This document shows positions 40,919 to 49,890 of a stretch of DNA of 64,000 nucleotides, one piece after another. This stretch comes from a virus. The translations under genes and the position numbers were made by a program. The stretch lies in IMG/VR virus record IMGVR_UViG_3300026533_000002, positions 1-64,000 of that record; one strand, given 5' to 3'. Each line of letters begins with the position of its first letter. Positions within the stretch are counted from its first letter, which is position 1. The notes beneath the pieces were generated by a model that did no database searches, was not told the DNA's origin, and saw nothing but the letters and a program-made list of their open reading frames with translations.

Positions 40919-41281
40919 CTAAAGTATAAAGCGTTTAGACTCGTAAAGTTCTTCACAATAAGCATCTACACCAATATTATCAGTAAATGGCACTGTAACT
41001 CTATCAGAGCCCCAGTAACCTACTACTTCGTTAGTATTAGTACTGATGTAAATAGAAGGACCACCTAGAGCAACAGCTATCTTAGCACCTTTATAGTCTA
41101 AGTCGCTAGTAATAGTGTACTCTATATCAAATGAGCCTTCTAGGTAAGTAGAAGCTGAAACATTTTCACCTAATTCCCAGTCATCATACTCATCTATATT
41201 AGATTCATCCATAACAATACCATTAGTTAGTTCGTTAGCTATACTTTTACAAGATAGCTCTAGCTGCTCTTTAGTGTTCAT
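40919..41281 (-). CDS. conserved phage hypothetical protein
   Basis: DIEYTI..D..YKGAKIAVALGGPSIYI…V.GYW motif. Confidence 0.7.
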   Translation of the reverse strand: MNTKEQLELSCKSIANELTNGIVMDESNIDEYDDWELGENVSASTYLEGSFDIEYTITSDLDYKGAKIAVALGGPSIYISTNTNEVVGYWGSDRVTVPFTDNIGVDAYCEELYESKRFIL

Positions 41282-41284
41282 TTA

Positions 41285-41458
41285 CTAAGACTTGTCTGCT
41301 GCTACCAAAGCCGCTCTACAAGGAGTTACACCTTTCTTAATTTCACCTAATGTTACACGGATACGTTTAGACTCTGCTTTAGTTGCTTTAGCTTCATATT
41401 TCTCAATCATTTCTACTGCTGCTACTAAGTTCTCTTTCATTGCTGTTAATTCGTTCAT
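41285..41458 (-). CDS. small basic helical protein, histone H1-like Hc1-type (57 aa, not in ORF track)
   Basis: MNELTAMKENLVAAVEMIEKYEAKATKAESKRIRVTLGEIKKGVTPCRAALVAADKS*; AAAGGA SD. Confidence 0.65.
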   Translation of the reverse strand: MNELTAMKENLVAAVEMIEKYEAKATKAESKRIRVTLGEIKKGVTPCRAALVAADKS

Positions 41459-41476
41459 TTGTTTTCCTTTTGGTTT

Positions 41477-42550
41477 CTAAAGACTACTAAAGTAATAATC
41501 TTTAACAGTTTTAGCTACATTACTATTGATATCTCTCAATGTTAATCCAGCCTCTTCTATAGTTAGAGTTTCTTCCTTGACAATGTCTGTCAATACCCAC
41601 TTAATAAGTAATCCAACTTCTTTAGATTCAGTTATACCTAACTCTGAAATACCCTGTGCTATTCGCCAAGCAGGTGTTACTTCTTCAGCTAGTTTAGATC
41701 TAGCCTCTAGTACTTCATCAGATAACTTCTCTCTAGGTGCTTTGGCCTTACCTGCATGTTTCTCAGCCTTAGTCTTTACTTTGTAAGTAATACCATTATA
41801 GGTTGTAAACAGTACAGCGCCTTCACCGATATTGTCTGGCTTATTGAAGTACTTAGCTACAGGAGAATTGTCTTCTATACTTTCAGCCAATTCTTTAAGC
41901 TTCTGTAAGTTAACTTCATTATCCTCTGAAAGGTCAAGAGTTATTGTATACTCACCAAACTCTTTAGCTAAATAAACTCTAACAGTTTCAGCTACCAAGT
42001 CTTTCAAAGGCTCTGTAGGAAGTAACTCAGATGTGTTGTCTTCGTTACTAACTACTCGAAAGTGCTCGAACAGGTAAATACTATTAGGTATGCCTGAACA
42101 AGCTGCATTCTTCCCTTGGATATTGCTACCAGCCCACTCGCCATCTAATGCTAAAGTATGAGTAGTTAGATCTAAGTTATACTCTTCAACCAGCTTAAAT
42201 ACTAAGTCTAGTACTTCTTTCTCAATAGATTTAACAAACTGAGCCAAACCATTCATGTCGCCAAGTTCAGTCTTAATACTGTTCCTACTTTGAACCCATA
42301 TCTCACCTTGAGAGTAACATACGCTACAAAAACTTCCATGTATCTTTTCTGAGCCTGCTAAAGTTACTTTAGGCAAGGAGACAGGAGCATTAATTGCCTC
42401 TAACTCTTCAGTAGTAGGTTCTCTATCCTCATCTCTAAGAAGCTTGAATAAATCTTTATTTCTCAGATACTTGATATCACTATGAATAGCTCTTCTGAAA
42501 TCTCTAAAATGACTAGTAGATCCATAAGATATATGTCGTCTTACGCTCAT
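41477..42550 (-). CDS. RNA ligase (Rnl2-like)
   Basis: Nucleotidyltransferase motifs EKIHG, QSRN, DGEWAG, YLFE, GEGAVL, KVKTK. Confidence 0.85.
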   Translation of the reverse strand: MSVRRHISYGSTSHFRDFRRAIHSDIKYLRNKDLFKLLRDEDREPTTEELEAINAPVSLPKVTLAGSEKIHGSFCSVCYSQGEIWVQSRNSIKTELGDMNGLAQFVKSIEKEVLDLVFKLVEEYNLDLTTHTLALDGEWAGSNIQGKNAACSGIPNSIYLFEHFRVVSNEDNTSELLPTEPLKDLVAETVRVYLAKEFGEYTITLDLSEDNEVNLQKLKELAESIEDNSPVAKYFNKPDNIGEGAVLFTTYNGITYKVKTKAEKHAGKAKAPREKLSDEVLEARSKLAEEVTPAWRIAQGISELGITESKEVGLLIKWVLTDIVKEETLTIEEAGLTLRDINSNVAKTVKDYYFSSL

Positions 42551-42563
42551 TATTTATCCTTTA

Positions 42564-43370
42564 TTACTTCCTAGAGTTTGCTATATACTTAACCATAATA
42601 TCTTTTGTTTTAGCAACAGCAAAGAAACCAGCTACATGTACAAACTCCATAGTAGGGTCAGGAAGTAAAGACTTACCTACTTTATCATAAGACCCAGCCT
42701 TAGCATTAGTTGTCTGAATATTATAAGTATCTAACTCTTCATCATACCAATGTACAGCTTCAATATTCGGCATTGTCTCACCGTTAACATGCGAACCCCA
42801 ACCTTGTAACCAAGTACCGAGGTCTAGTACGTCATCTGTACCTTCAAACAGCTTAGCCTGTTTAATAGTTTTAGCTGTAAAATCTAGCTGAACCTGGGCA
42901 CGCTGTAAGTTAGTTAGAATAGCTATAGCAAACTCTATAGCCTTTATGAAAGCAGTATACTGTGTACCACTATGGACATCGTCAGAGTTGAAAGTAGATA
43001 AAAGTCTACTATACTCAAACTCTTCAGCAGGTTTTACTCCGATATCATTATCATCTACAGCTTTTACTAAAGAAGAAATCTTAGGAAAATTATCAGCTAA
43101 ACCTAGATACTTCCATACAAGACCAGCTGATGAAGGTAATTCCTTACTTTGGTGGTGGTCAAATAAAAGTTTATCAGGATTATAGGTCCTGCCAATGTCT
43201 AGTACATACCCATCATCAAACTCTAAAGTCTGATGAGGCACTCTTTTAACATTAGTGTAGTCTACACCTCTGAATATATGAAGTAACGCAATAGCAGTTA
43301 CCTCGTCAGCATGAAAGGTACCGTTGTGTGTAGTTACAGAGCTAATGCTACAGCCCCGAATACTTCCCAT
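42564..43370 (-). CDS. MYG1-family DHH exonuclease
   Basis: THNGTFHADEV, DIGRTY…FDHHQ, SSAGLVW, VDDNDIG, FVHVAGF. Confidence 0.9.
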   Translation of the reverse strand: MGSIRGCSISSVTTHNGTFHADEVTAIALLHIFRGVDYTNVKRVPHQTLEFDDGYVLDIGRTYNPDKLLFDHHQSKELPSSAGLVWKYLGLADNFPKISSLVKAVDDNDIGVKPAEEFEYSRLLSTFNSDDVHSGTQYTAFIKAIEFAIAILTNLQRAQVQLDFTAKTIKQAKLFEGTDDVLDLGTWLQGWGSHVNGETMPNIEAVHWYDEELDTYNIQTTNAKAGSYDKVGKSLLPDPTMEFVHVAGFFAVAKTKDIMVKYIANSRK

Positions 43371-43618
43371 AACTCATTCCTAGCATTAGTAAAAGCTACT
43401 GACTCACCAATCTCTTGTACATCGTTAGCAGCGTCAAGTACTTGAGCTATACCAATTACCTCATGCCCTGATTGTAATCTAATTACACAAACTCGCATGT
43501 TAGGAGTTAACTGTGTATGAGTTACAGTACCTAATGCAACTTGTTTATCTAGCAGTAACGGAGATAACTTACCTCCGTTACTTTCTAGTTCGGCTTTAAT
43601 AGCTAATTGTAAATTCAT
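43334..43618 (-). CDS. Gp49 / Phage_gp49_66-family protein (possible cyclic-nucleotide sponge)
   Basis: VCVIRLQSGHEVIG.A…AND.QEIGESVA..NA…LW pattern. Confidence 0.7.
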   Translation of the reverse strand: MNLQLAIKAELESNGGKLSPLLLDKQVALGTVTHTQLTPNMRVCVIRLQSGHEVIGIAQVLDAANDVQEIGESVAFTNARNELWEVFGAVALAL

Positions 43619-44283
43619 TACTTGCTACCGGGAAATCCAGATTTAGCTTTTCCAGGGAAGGTCGAAGGTTTAGCTGCTGAAGTAGGAGCTGAAGATCCTC
43701 CACCCATTTGAGCTGCTTTCCAAGCTTTAACTGACTCTTCATTAGTGCCATCATCATACTTAATCTCTTCAGCAAACTGCATATCTTTCTCTAGACGTTC
43801 ACCAATAACTGCATCTTTACCGTTATCTAGTTTAGCTATCTCAGAACCTGCAGCTCCATCAGTGGAACGGTAGAATCGTTTAACTGTAACATTCTCACGA
43901 ACTTCACCTTTATACATGCTATATCCGAATTGGATCCAAGCTTTCACTTCTACATCATTTAACTCTGGAATACAGCTTAACTCTTTAGTACCAGTTTTAA
44001 ACTTAACATCTACCATCTCTGGGTCAGACAACTCATCTGTGCCTACTACTGTAGCTAATGATTCAATTACTTTATAACCAAAAGTAGGTTGACCATTGTT
44101 ACCTAGAATTGTATTACCATAAGACATAACTCTATCAAATAGGTAGTTAATTTGAGTTGCACCATTCTGTGTGTTCTTTACTTCTGCATGACGTAATGTA
44201 AGGTCATAGATACCTGATTTATTAATATGATTGCTTCCGCCTTCTGCTTCTACTTCTGTTGTGTTTACTACGAGAAATGCCAT
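43618..44283 (-). CDS. putative single-stranded DNA-binding protein
   Basis: GGSNHINKSGIY N-terminus, beta-rich core, flexible Gly/Ser/Pro tail; adjacent to Sak4-like ATPase. Confidence 0.65.
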   Translation of the reverse strand: MAFLVVNTTEVEAEGGSNHINKSGIYDLTLRHAEVKNTQNGATQINYLFDRVMSYGNTILGNNGQPTFGYKVIESLATVVGTDELSDPEMVDVKFKTGTKELSCIPELNDVEVKAWIQFGYSMYKGEVRENVTVKRFYRSTDGAAGSEIAKLDNGKDAVIGERLEKDMQFAEEIKYDDGTNEESVKAWKAAQMGGGSSAPTSAAKPSTFPGKAKSGFPGSK

Positions 44284-44380
44284 TGTTATCCTTCGCCTAA
44301 TATTAGGACTTATAAGTAGGTCTAGCCTACTAGTTCTGTACTCTTTTAGTACACACTTTATATAATAGCTACTATAACTG

Positions 44381-45046
44381 TTAGATAGCGAATTCTGCTG
44401 CTGTATCTTTAGCTGCTGTTAACTTAGCAATGTGTTCATTTATATTATACTTAGTACTTTCCATAGACTCTTCTATATCTGGTAAAGTAGATCTACATGG
44501 GAATTTCATAGTAGTATTATGCATAATATACTTACCAGACTTCTTCTCAACGTATACTGCTTCTCCCGTAGTACTCAACCATGAACCGCTTTTTCCAAAC
44601 TGACCTGAAGCTGGGATAATGTGACGACCAGTCTCAGAATCATACATCGTGTGAGCTACTATAACTACATTCACACCATTAGCTATAAGAACATCTTCTA
44701 CATAACCATTAAATTGAATAGTGTCTTTGTTATTCATCTTATGAATATCAAAACCTTTGTACATTTGGTCGTTATAGCCTTGCATTGCAGTGTACATCTG
44801 AGTTACTGTATCAAATACTACAGTGGCTGGTAATTTATTGAACTTCTCTTGGTAAACACCAAGTTTTTCGTTTATAGTATCAATTAAATCATCAGTACCA
44901 GTAAACGAAGCAATTCTTACGTGAGGTACAGGGAATGTATAAGGTTTCCTATCAAAGTGGACTACTAGTGCATCTTCTATTTTAGACACAATAGTACTCT
45001 TACCTACATTTTCAAAACCTGATATTAGTATTTTTACTGCTGACAT
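44381..45046 (-). CDS. AAA_24 / Sak4-like ATPase
   Basis: KILISGFENVGKST, VVFDTVT, VVIVAH. Confidence 0.85.
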   Translation of the reverse strand: MSAVKILISGFENVGKSTIVSKIEDALVVHFDRKPYTFPVPHVRIASFTGTDDLIDTINEKLGVYQEKFNKLPATVVFDTVTQMYTAMQGYNDQMYKGFDIHKMNNKDTIQFNGYVEDVLIANGVNVVIVAHTMYDSETGRHIIPASGQFGKSGSWLSTTGEAVYVEKKSGKYIMHNTTMKFPCRSTLPDIEESMESTKYNINEHIAKLTAAKDTAAEFAI

Positions 45047-45116
45047 TTATTTCCTTTATAGGTATTAACCTTTTATTATTGCAAGAGTTTAAAGCCATCG
45101 CTAGGCATAGTATTAG

Positions 45117-45401
45117 TTATCTAACTAAATATAGCTCTCCATAGTAATTACCACAGTAATCACAGCTATAAGCTTTCTTATTCTTAGTTGGCGATTTACT
45201 ATGATTAGAATTACAATTATCACAAGTAAATCTCTTTACCTTAGCTTTATCTAGTGACTTAAGAAGCTTAGTACTTAGTAGTCTTAAAGCTTCTCTATCT
45301 TCCTTACTAAAACCTACATCAGGAGGAATCATATTACTTAAGCTAGGCAATGTTCCTCTAAGTCTTGCTATATTCCAATTACGCTCTCTTACATCATTCA
45401 T
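45117..45401 (-). CDS. zinc-ribbon hypothetical protein
   Basis: CDNC…CDYCG. Confidence 0.7.
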   Translation of the reverse strand: MNDVRERNWNIARLRGTLPSLSNMIPPDVGFSKEDREALRLLSTKLLKSLDKAKVKRFTCDNCNSNHSKSPTKNKKAYSCDYCGNYYGELYLVR

Positions 45402-45407
45402 AATGTT

Positions 45408-46244
45408 TTAGTCTTCTTCACGCAATCTGTAATCTCCAGCTAAGAGGTATCTACAAGCAGGATATTCTTTAAATGTAGTAACTGAGTCAGCTACTAGTTT
45501 TAGAACTCCTTCTATATAGTCGTAAGCATCACTATTGAAAGGCTTAGTAAAGTTAAATACTCTAGCAGGTAGTGTCTTAGTAGGTCTAACTACAAAGCAT
45601 AGCTCTACTTGATCTATCTTAATACCTTGTTGGTGAAGTATATAAGCATAAGTAAAAGCTTGCTGTGTATACTCTGATGTCCACCCACGAGGCTTAGATG
45701 TTGCTGTCTTAAAGTCTCTAACAGTGAGCATTCCAGTATGTTTGCCTTCTTTAATTAGCTCCCAAGTATCCGTAGGAGATGAGCTAGTTATAGCGTCATA
45801 TGTGCCAGAGGGGTAAACTCCTTCAGTAATCTCATAAGCTATAAACTCTTCAACAGATACAGTATTAGCCTGCAACACATGTTCTATTATAAGTAATTCA
45901 GCCATACCTTTCCATAAGTTACGTATTACTGAAGTGTCATGCCCTTCCACCTCATCGTACTTGGCAATGTATGCTTCAATACCTGCATGAAGCTTCTCAG
46001 AGTTATACTCTTCACCTTCAATCTTACACCTAGCTACTACTTCACAAGCGTGGTGGCAAACAGTACCTAGGACAGTGGAAGTACTGGAAGTAAACCGTTT
46101 ATCTTCTCCAAGTAAGTTCTCACCATACCAAGTTCTCTTAGCACTAAAGAATTTACCTACACCTGAAGGAGATAGTCTAAAACCATCAGCTGGTACATGA
46201 TTCTCTCCGTTGTAGTACTCACCTACCTTATAACTTACTGCCAT
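45408..46244 (-). CDS. PD-(D/E)XK (Cas4/RecB-like) exonuclease
   Basis: LSPS, GTVCH, VEE, GTYD, DFKT, QAFTYA. Confidence 0.85.
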   Translation of the reverse strand: MAVSYKVGEYYNGENHVPADGFRLSPSGVGKFFSAKRTWYGENLLGEDKRFTSSTSTVLGTVCHHACEVVARCKIEGEEYNSEKLHAGIEAYIAKYDEVEGHDTSVIRNLWKGMAELLIIEHVLQANTVSVEEFIAYEITEGVYPSGTYDAITSSSPTDTWELIKEGKHTGMLTVRDFKTATSKPRGWTSEYTQQAFTYAYILHQQGIKIDQVELCFVVRPTKTLPARVFNFTKPFNSDAYDYIEGVLKLVADSVTTFKEYPACRYLLAGDYRLREED

Positions 46245-46309
46245 TATGTTTCCCTCTAAATATATTAGTTAAATAATACTCTATAAAATGTCCTATAGCT
46301 TCTATAACA

Positions 46310-46762
46310 TTATGTCTCATCTTCATACTTCCTTATATAGATATCCATTCTAGGATTGTCTTTATCTTTCCCTCCTACTAAGAAGGTCTCTTTAACACAG
46401 AACTTTACATTATCTTCTTCTACTATACCTGCTTTCTGTAAAGCATCTAGTAGTACCTTGGATACGAATGAACCAACATTTAATAAATCACTTTTAACAT
46501 TCTTATAGTAATAAACATAAGCTACTTCGTATTGGCCTTTAATAGGTACTGGCTTCTCATCTAAGAAAAGCTTCATAAAGTAATCATTAAAGTGTTGTTT
46601 GATTTCATTTCGTAAGTGGTAATGTGCTGTAAATAGTTTGTTCATTGAGAGTAGAAAAGTCTTTGATGGCTTAGTCTTAAAGTTCTGAGTATAGTACACA
46701 CTCATAGAGTAGAATAGGAACTCTTCTTCAGGAGGATCAGCAGTAGTTACTACTTTACTCAT
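46310..46762 (-). CDS. RusA-like Holliday junction resolvase
   Basis: SMN, DLLN…KVLLDAL…GIVEEDN, NPRMDIYI. Confidence 0.8.
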   Translation of the reverse strand: MSKVVTTADPPEEEFLFYSMSVYYTQNFKTKPSKTFLLSMNKLFTAHYHLRNEIKQHFNDYFMKLFLDEKPVPIKGQYEVAYVYYYKNVKSDLLNVGSFVSKVLLDALQKAGIVEEDNVKFCVKETFLVGGKDKDNPRMDIYIRKYEDET

Positions 46763-46944
46763 CCTTTATAAGCCTTCATGTACTCTTTAAACTCCCTAGC
46801 CTCGTTAATAGTTGAAAACATATTACCTACTTCTGCTCTAGCTTTATCATATCTATCACCAGTGTACTTCCACTTCTCAAGTCCATTATTACTTTGTAAA
46901 GGGCCTACACAGAAATAGTAGTCACCTTTATTAATGAAGTACAT
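46759..46944 (-). CDS. hypothetical protein
   Basis: 61-aa ORF overlapping its neighbours; D..R…GNMF.T..EA motif common in phage proteins. Confidence 0.6.
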   Translation of the reverse strand: MYFINKGDYYFCVGPLQSNNGLEKWKYTGDRYDKARAEVGNMFSTINEAREFKEYMKAYKG

Positions 46945-47560
46945 AAGCTACTGGCTTATTAGTATCAAAGCATAAAGTACAAGTGCCACAGCTCTTTAAT
47001 TTACTGTCTGGCATAGTTACAGGGCATACAATAATACCTTTAGCCTTAGCTTCATCAATACTATCAGTATTAATTACAAACGCAGTCATACTAGTTCCTG
47101 TCTCACTAAGTCCTATACTATTAGCTGAGTACTTCATACTTACGTTAGGTAGAGTTTTAATCTCTTCTAGGACTTCTCGTATACCTTTAATGTTATAAGA
47201 CCTTGTAGGTATCCAGAATTGAGTTTTAGTACACAGTGTTACCACTTCTTTTATCTTAGTAGCCAATAGCTCTGTCTCTATATCACCTGATACAAAGAAT
47301 CTAAAGTACTTGTCTTTACCTATAGCTTTAACCATATCAGCTACCCAACCATCTCTCTTGTAATCTTGTTGATTATGTTTTCTCAAAGCTACTGAAGCAG
47401 GCCATACAAATGCACCTTTAGTAGCATAGCAGCTTTTACAAACTTCAACTACTTCTCCGTCTACCTTAGATCCAGGGCATGAAGTCCTAGCTTCTAAGTC
47501 CCAACTCTTTACTTGTTTACCGTTAACTTTCATCTTAGATGCTTTACTAAGTTTTATCAT
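46931..47560 (-). CDS. GP88-family (radical-SAM-like Fe-S) protein
   Basis: SCPGS…CKSCYA, YFRFFVSGD, FWIPTR, CP…CGTCTLC, YVLH. Confidence 0.8.
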   Translation of the reverse strand: MIKLSKASKMKVNGKQVKSWDLEARTSCPGSKVDGEVVEVCKSCYATKGAFVWPASVALRKHNQQDYKRDGWVADMVKAIGKDKYFRFFVSGDIETELLATKIKEVVTLCTKTQFWIPTRSYNIKGIREVLEEIKTLPNVSMKYSANSIGLSETGTSMTAFVINTDSIDEAKAKGIIVCPVTMPDSKLKSCGTCTLCFDTNKPVAYVLH

Positions 47561-47765
47561 TATCTATTACCTTTGCTAACAAGCTATCAACTTGTATATA
47601 CTTACCTTCTCTACCAGAGTTATTACTTGCCTTAGGATAAGATTCATCGTCAACTTTAACTAGTAAATACATCCCGAAATCAGCTACAACAGTACCAGTT
47701 TGTCCGTTATGGTGTGACTTCCCATAAGCCTGGATGCGCTTACCTTTAAAACTGAACTTACCCAT
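47547..47765 (-). CDS. small SH3/KOW-like hypothetical protein
   Basis: GKRI…GQTGTVV…LLVKVD. Confidence 0.55.
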   Translation of the reverse strand: MGKFSFKGKRIQAYGKSHHNGQTGTVVADFGMYLLVKVDDESYPKASNNSGREGKYIQVDSLLAKVIDNDKT

Positions 47766-47766
47766 G

Positions 47767-47955
47767 TTAGTCTAAAGTATCTGCTAATACACTTAGTTCA
47801 GTAGCTAGCAACATTAATTGAGACTTAGTTAAAGTCTGGGAATAATGTCTATCACAATTTTCAACCAACTCGACTTTTGTACTGTCTAATTTATTTATAC
47901 AAAACACACCAGATTCTTCTAATAACTCTAATATCGAGTTAAATTCATCATTCAT
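47767..47955 (-). CDS. hypothetical protein
   Basis: 62-aa ORF in a tightly packed operon. Confidence 0.55.
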   Translation of the reverse strand: MNDEFNSILELLEESGVFCINKLDSTKVELVENCDRHYSQTLTKSQLMLLATELSVLADTLD

Positions 47956-48166
47956 TTAATTCCTTTATTAACTTTCTATTGAAAGACATAGCATTTACAC
48001 AAGAGTTAACTCTATTAAAATCTCTAGTCTCTAATGGCTCAACCAGTAACCTAGCTATTGTTGTATCTGATAGGTGAATCTTCAAGTTGAGAACATCTAT
48101 GTACTTCATAGATTTCCAAACTGAAGGTTCGACATCATCTCCATATATGTATTTAGTGTCTAACAT
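47948..48166 (-). CDS. hypothetical protein
   Basis: 72-aa ORF, TAATG-coupled. Confidence 0.6.
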   Translation of the reverse strand: MLDTKYIYGDDVEPSVWKSMKYIDVLNLKIHLSDTTIARLLVEPLETRDFNRVNSCVNAMSFNRKLIKELNE

Positions 48167-48987
48167 TAGTTTATGTAACCAGATTCTGCGACTATCTCTA
48201 CTAAAGTAGTAAACCTATCTGGATAAAACATAACTGTGTACGGCATAGGGTTTACACTAGAAGCACTCCTATTGTATCCAAACCATCTAGCTTTCTTAGT
48301 TAATTTTCTTTTAATACCTTTGTGTTCATATTCTTCAAGATAACCTAATTCAACTAAAGCATCGTTAAACAGCTTAGTATGAGTATTAACCTTATAATCA
48401 GACAATAACTTAGTAGTAGATTCTCCTTCCACATTAGGCCTAATATCAGACATAGAATCAGTTAAAGCTTCACCAATTCCTTGTGGAAGTAAAGTCTTGA
48501 ACTCTCCCTCTGCTAGTGATACAGGGTCGAATGTTATGCCTAGAGCTTTATGTAATTTTATAGCAGTATCTACTTTAGCATCAATTACCTTCTGCTCTAG
48601 TAACGCTATAGTAGCTACATTCTCACCTCGTAACTTATCTATCTCTAATTTCAGCTTCTCTTTACCTAAGTATTTTACAGCAGCCTTTTCAGCATCGATG
48701 AAATACTGGCGGACAGCTTTGCCTTTAGGAGTTCTTTGCACCATAGCTATAGATTTAGCGACATCAAGAGTGACTATGTATTCTTTACGAATACTACCTC
48801 CAGTTTCTCGTTTGACCGATTTGTCAAATGATGTGTAATCAATTCCCTCGTCTAACGATGCAAGCTCTTTCTTTATCCATGTAGCAAACTCTCGCTTACT
48901 TCCTAATTCTTTATGAAGTTCTCTAGCATCTACGCTATTTACCTCGGTTGCACCTATTTGTGTTTCTATAATTTCTAAATCTATCAT
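48166..48987 (-). CDS. AntA/AntB antirepressor-family protein
   Basis: VDARELHKELG..REFATWIK…GIDY…EYIVTLDVAKSIAM…KGKAVRQYFI; C-terminal KilAC-like FNDALVELGY. Confidence 0.85.
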   Translation of the reverse strand: MIDLEIIETQIGATEVNSVDARELHKELGSKREFATWIKKELASLDEGIDYTSFDKSVKRETGGSIRKEYIVTLDVAKSIAMVQRTPKGKAVRQYFIDAEKAAVKYLGKEKLKLEIDKLRGENVATIALLEQKVIDAKVDTAIKLHKALGITFDPVSLAEGEFKTLLPQGIGEALTDSMSDIRPNVEGESTTKLLSDYKVNTHTKLFNDALVELGYLEEYEHKGIKRKLTKKARWFGYNRSASSVNPMPYTVMFYPDRFTTLVEIVAESGYIN

Positions 48988-48996
48988 TTATTATCC

Positions 48997-49890
48997 TTAA
49001 TTTAAAGATGTTAATATTGTATCTTGTAACCTACTTATAGGCATACTATTATCCCAGAAGTCATTTATACTATATATCATGTCAATTATATAAGCCTTAT
49101 CAGCTCCTAGCTCCTTAGCATGTTGTATAGCTCCTAACATCATATTATTACCTTCTCCATTCTTAGCATCATAAGCATAGCCAAATGTAGTAAAAGGAGA
49201 TTGAAGTAACTTAGAAGCTTCTTCTTTACCTATTACTACTTTCTCTTCTGCTTGTATAGCTAACTTCATTCTAGCCATTTTAAGGTGGGTAGAAGGGTCT
49301 AACTTAGTCTTACCTAATACAGAGTATACATCTCTACCTTCATAGCCGTATATGACTTGTGAGGCAGCTAATTCATCAGCACTAATACCTAATGAATCTC
49401 CAATACTTTTAATAAATAACTTCCACTCTAGAGGCTCTACATCTATTACTCTGTCTAGCTCTATTAGTATCCTATATTTAAACCTATTATTCTTATCAGA
49501 AGTAGTAGCTATATGATGATTAATGTTCCTAAGAACAGAGTGTGTGCTTTCTATAGGTATAGTTGTATTGTCTACATCTAAACAAACCCAAGAAGCTTTA
49601 TTATTAGTATTGAATTTACCCCTAACTCTACCCCAAGCATTAGGATGTTTATCTTTATTATAAACAGCACCTTCTTCGACTGACTTGTATTTAAAAGGAT
49701 TAAACCCATAATCATGGCTTAGTAGTAATCCTAAATCCTCAAAGCTCTTCTCTTCGTATTGAAAACCATATACAGCATTAAAAGCAGTACTTTGCTTTAA
49801 CTTACTTATGTAGTCTTTATGCTTATTATCAGCTATAGCTTGTTGTATCCTAGAGTTATCCACTTCTAAGAAGGATACTCCATGTAACAT
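48997..49890 (-). CDS. AEP-like primase / primase-polymerase domain protein
   Basis: VCLDVD, HIATTSD, FKYRILIEL; C-terminal PriCT-like GEGNNMM; coupled to the helicase gene. Confidence 0.65.
   Translation of the reverse strand: MLHGVSFLEVDNSRIQQAIADNKHKDYISKLKQSTAFNAVYGFQYEEKSFEDLGLLLSHDYGFNPFKYKSVEEGAVYNKDKHPNAWGRVRGKFNTNNKASWVCLDVDNTTIPIESTHSVLRNINHHIATTSDKNNRFKYRILIELDRVIDVEPLEWKLFIKSIGDSLGISADELAASQVIYGYEGRDVYSVLGKTKLDPSTHLKMARMKLAIQAEEKVVIGKEEASKLLQSPFTTFGYAYDAKNGEGNNMMLGAIQHAKELGADKAYIIDMIYSINDFWDNSMPISRLQDTILTSLN

Noticed and set aside
45408-46244. Cas4 as part of a CRISPR system
   Set aside because: Standalone PD-(D/E)XK nuclease within the Sak4/SSB/RusA recombination module; no cas genes or array.
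48166-48987. Antirepressor as evidence of a temperate lifestyle or prophage
   Set aside because: No integrase, repressor or host flank in the window; AntA domains also occur in lytic phages.
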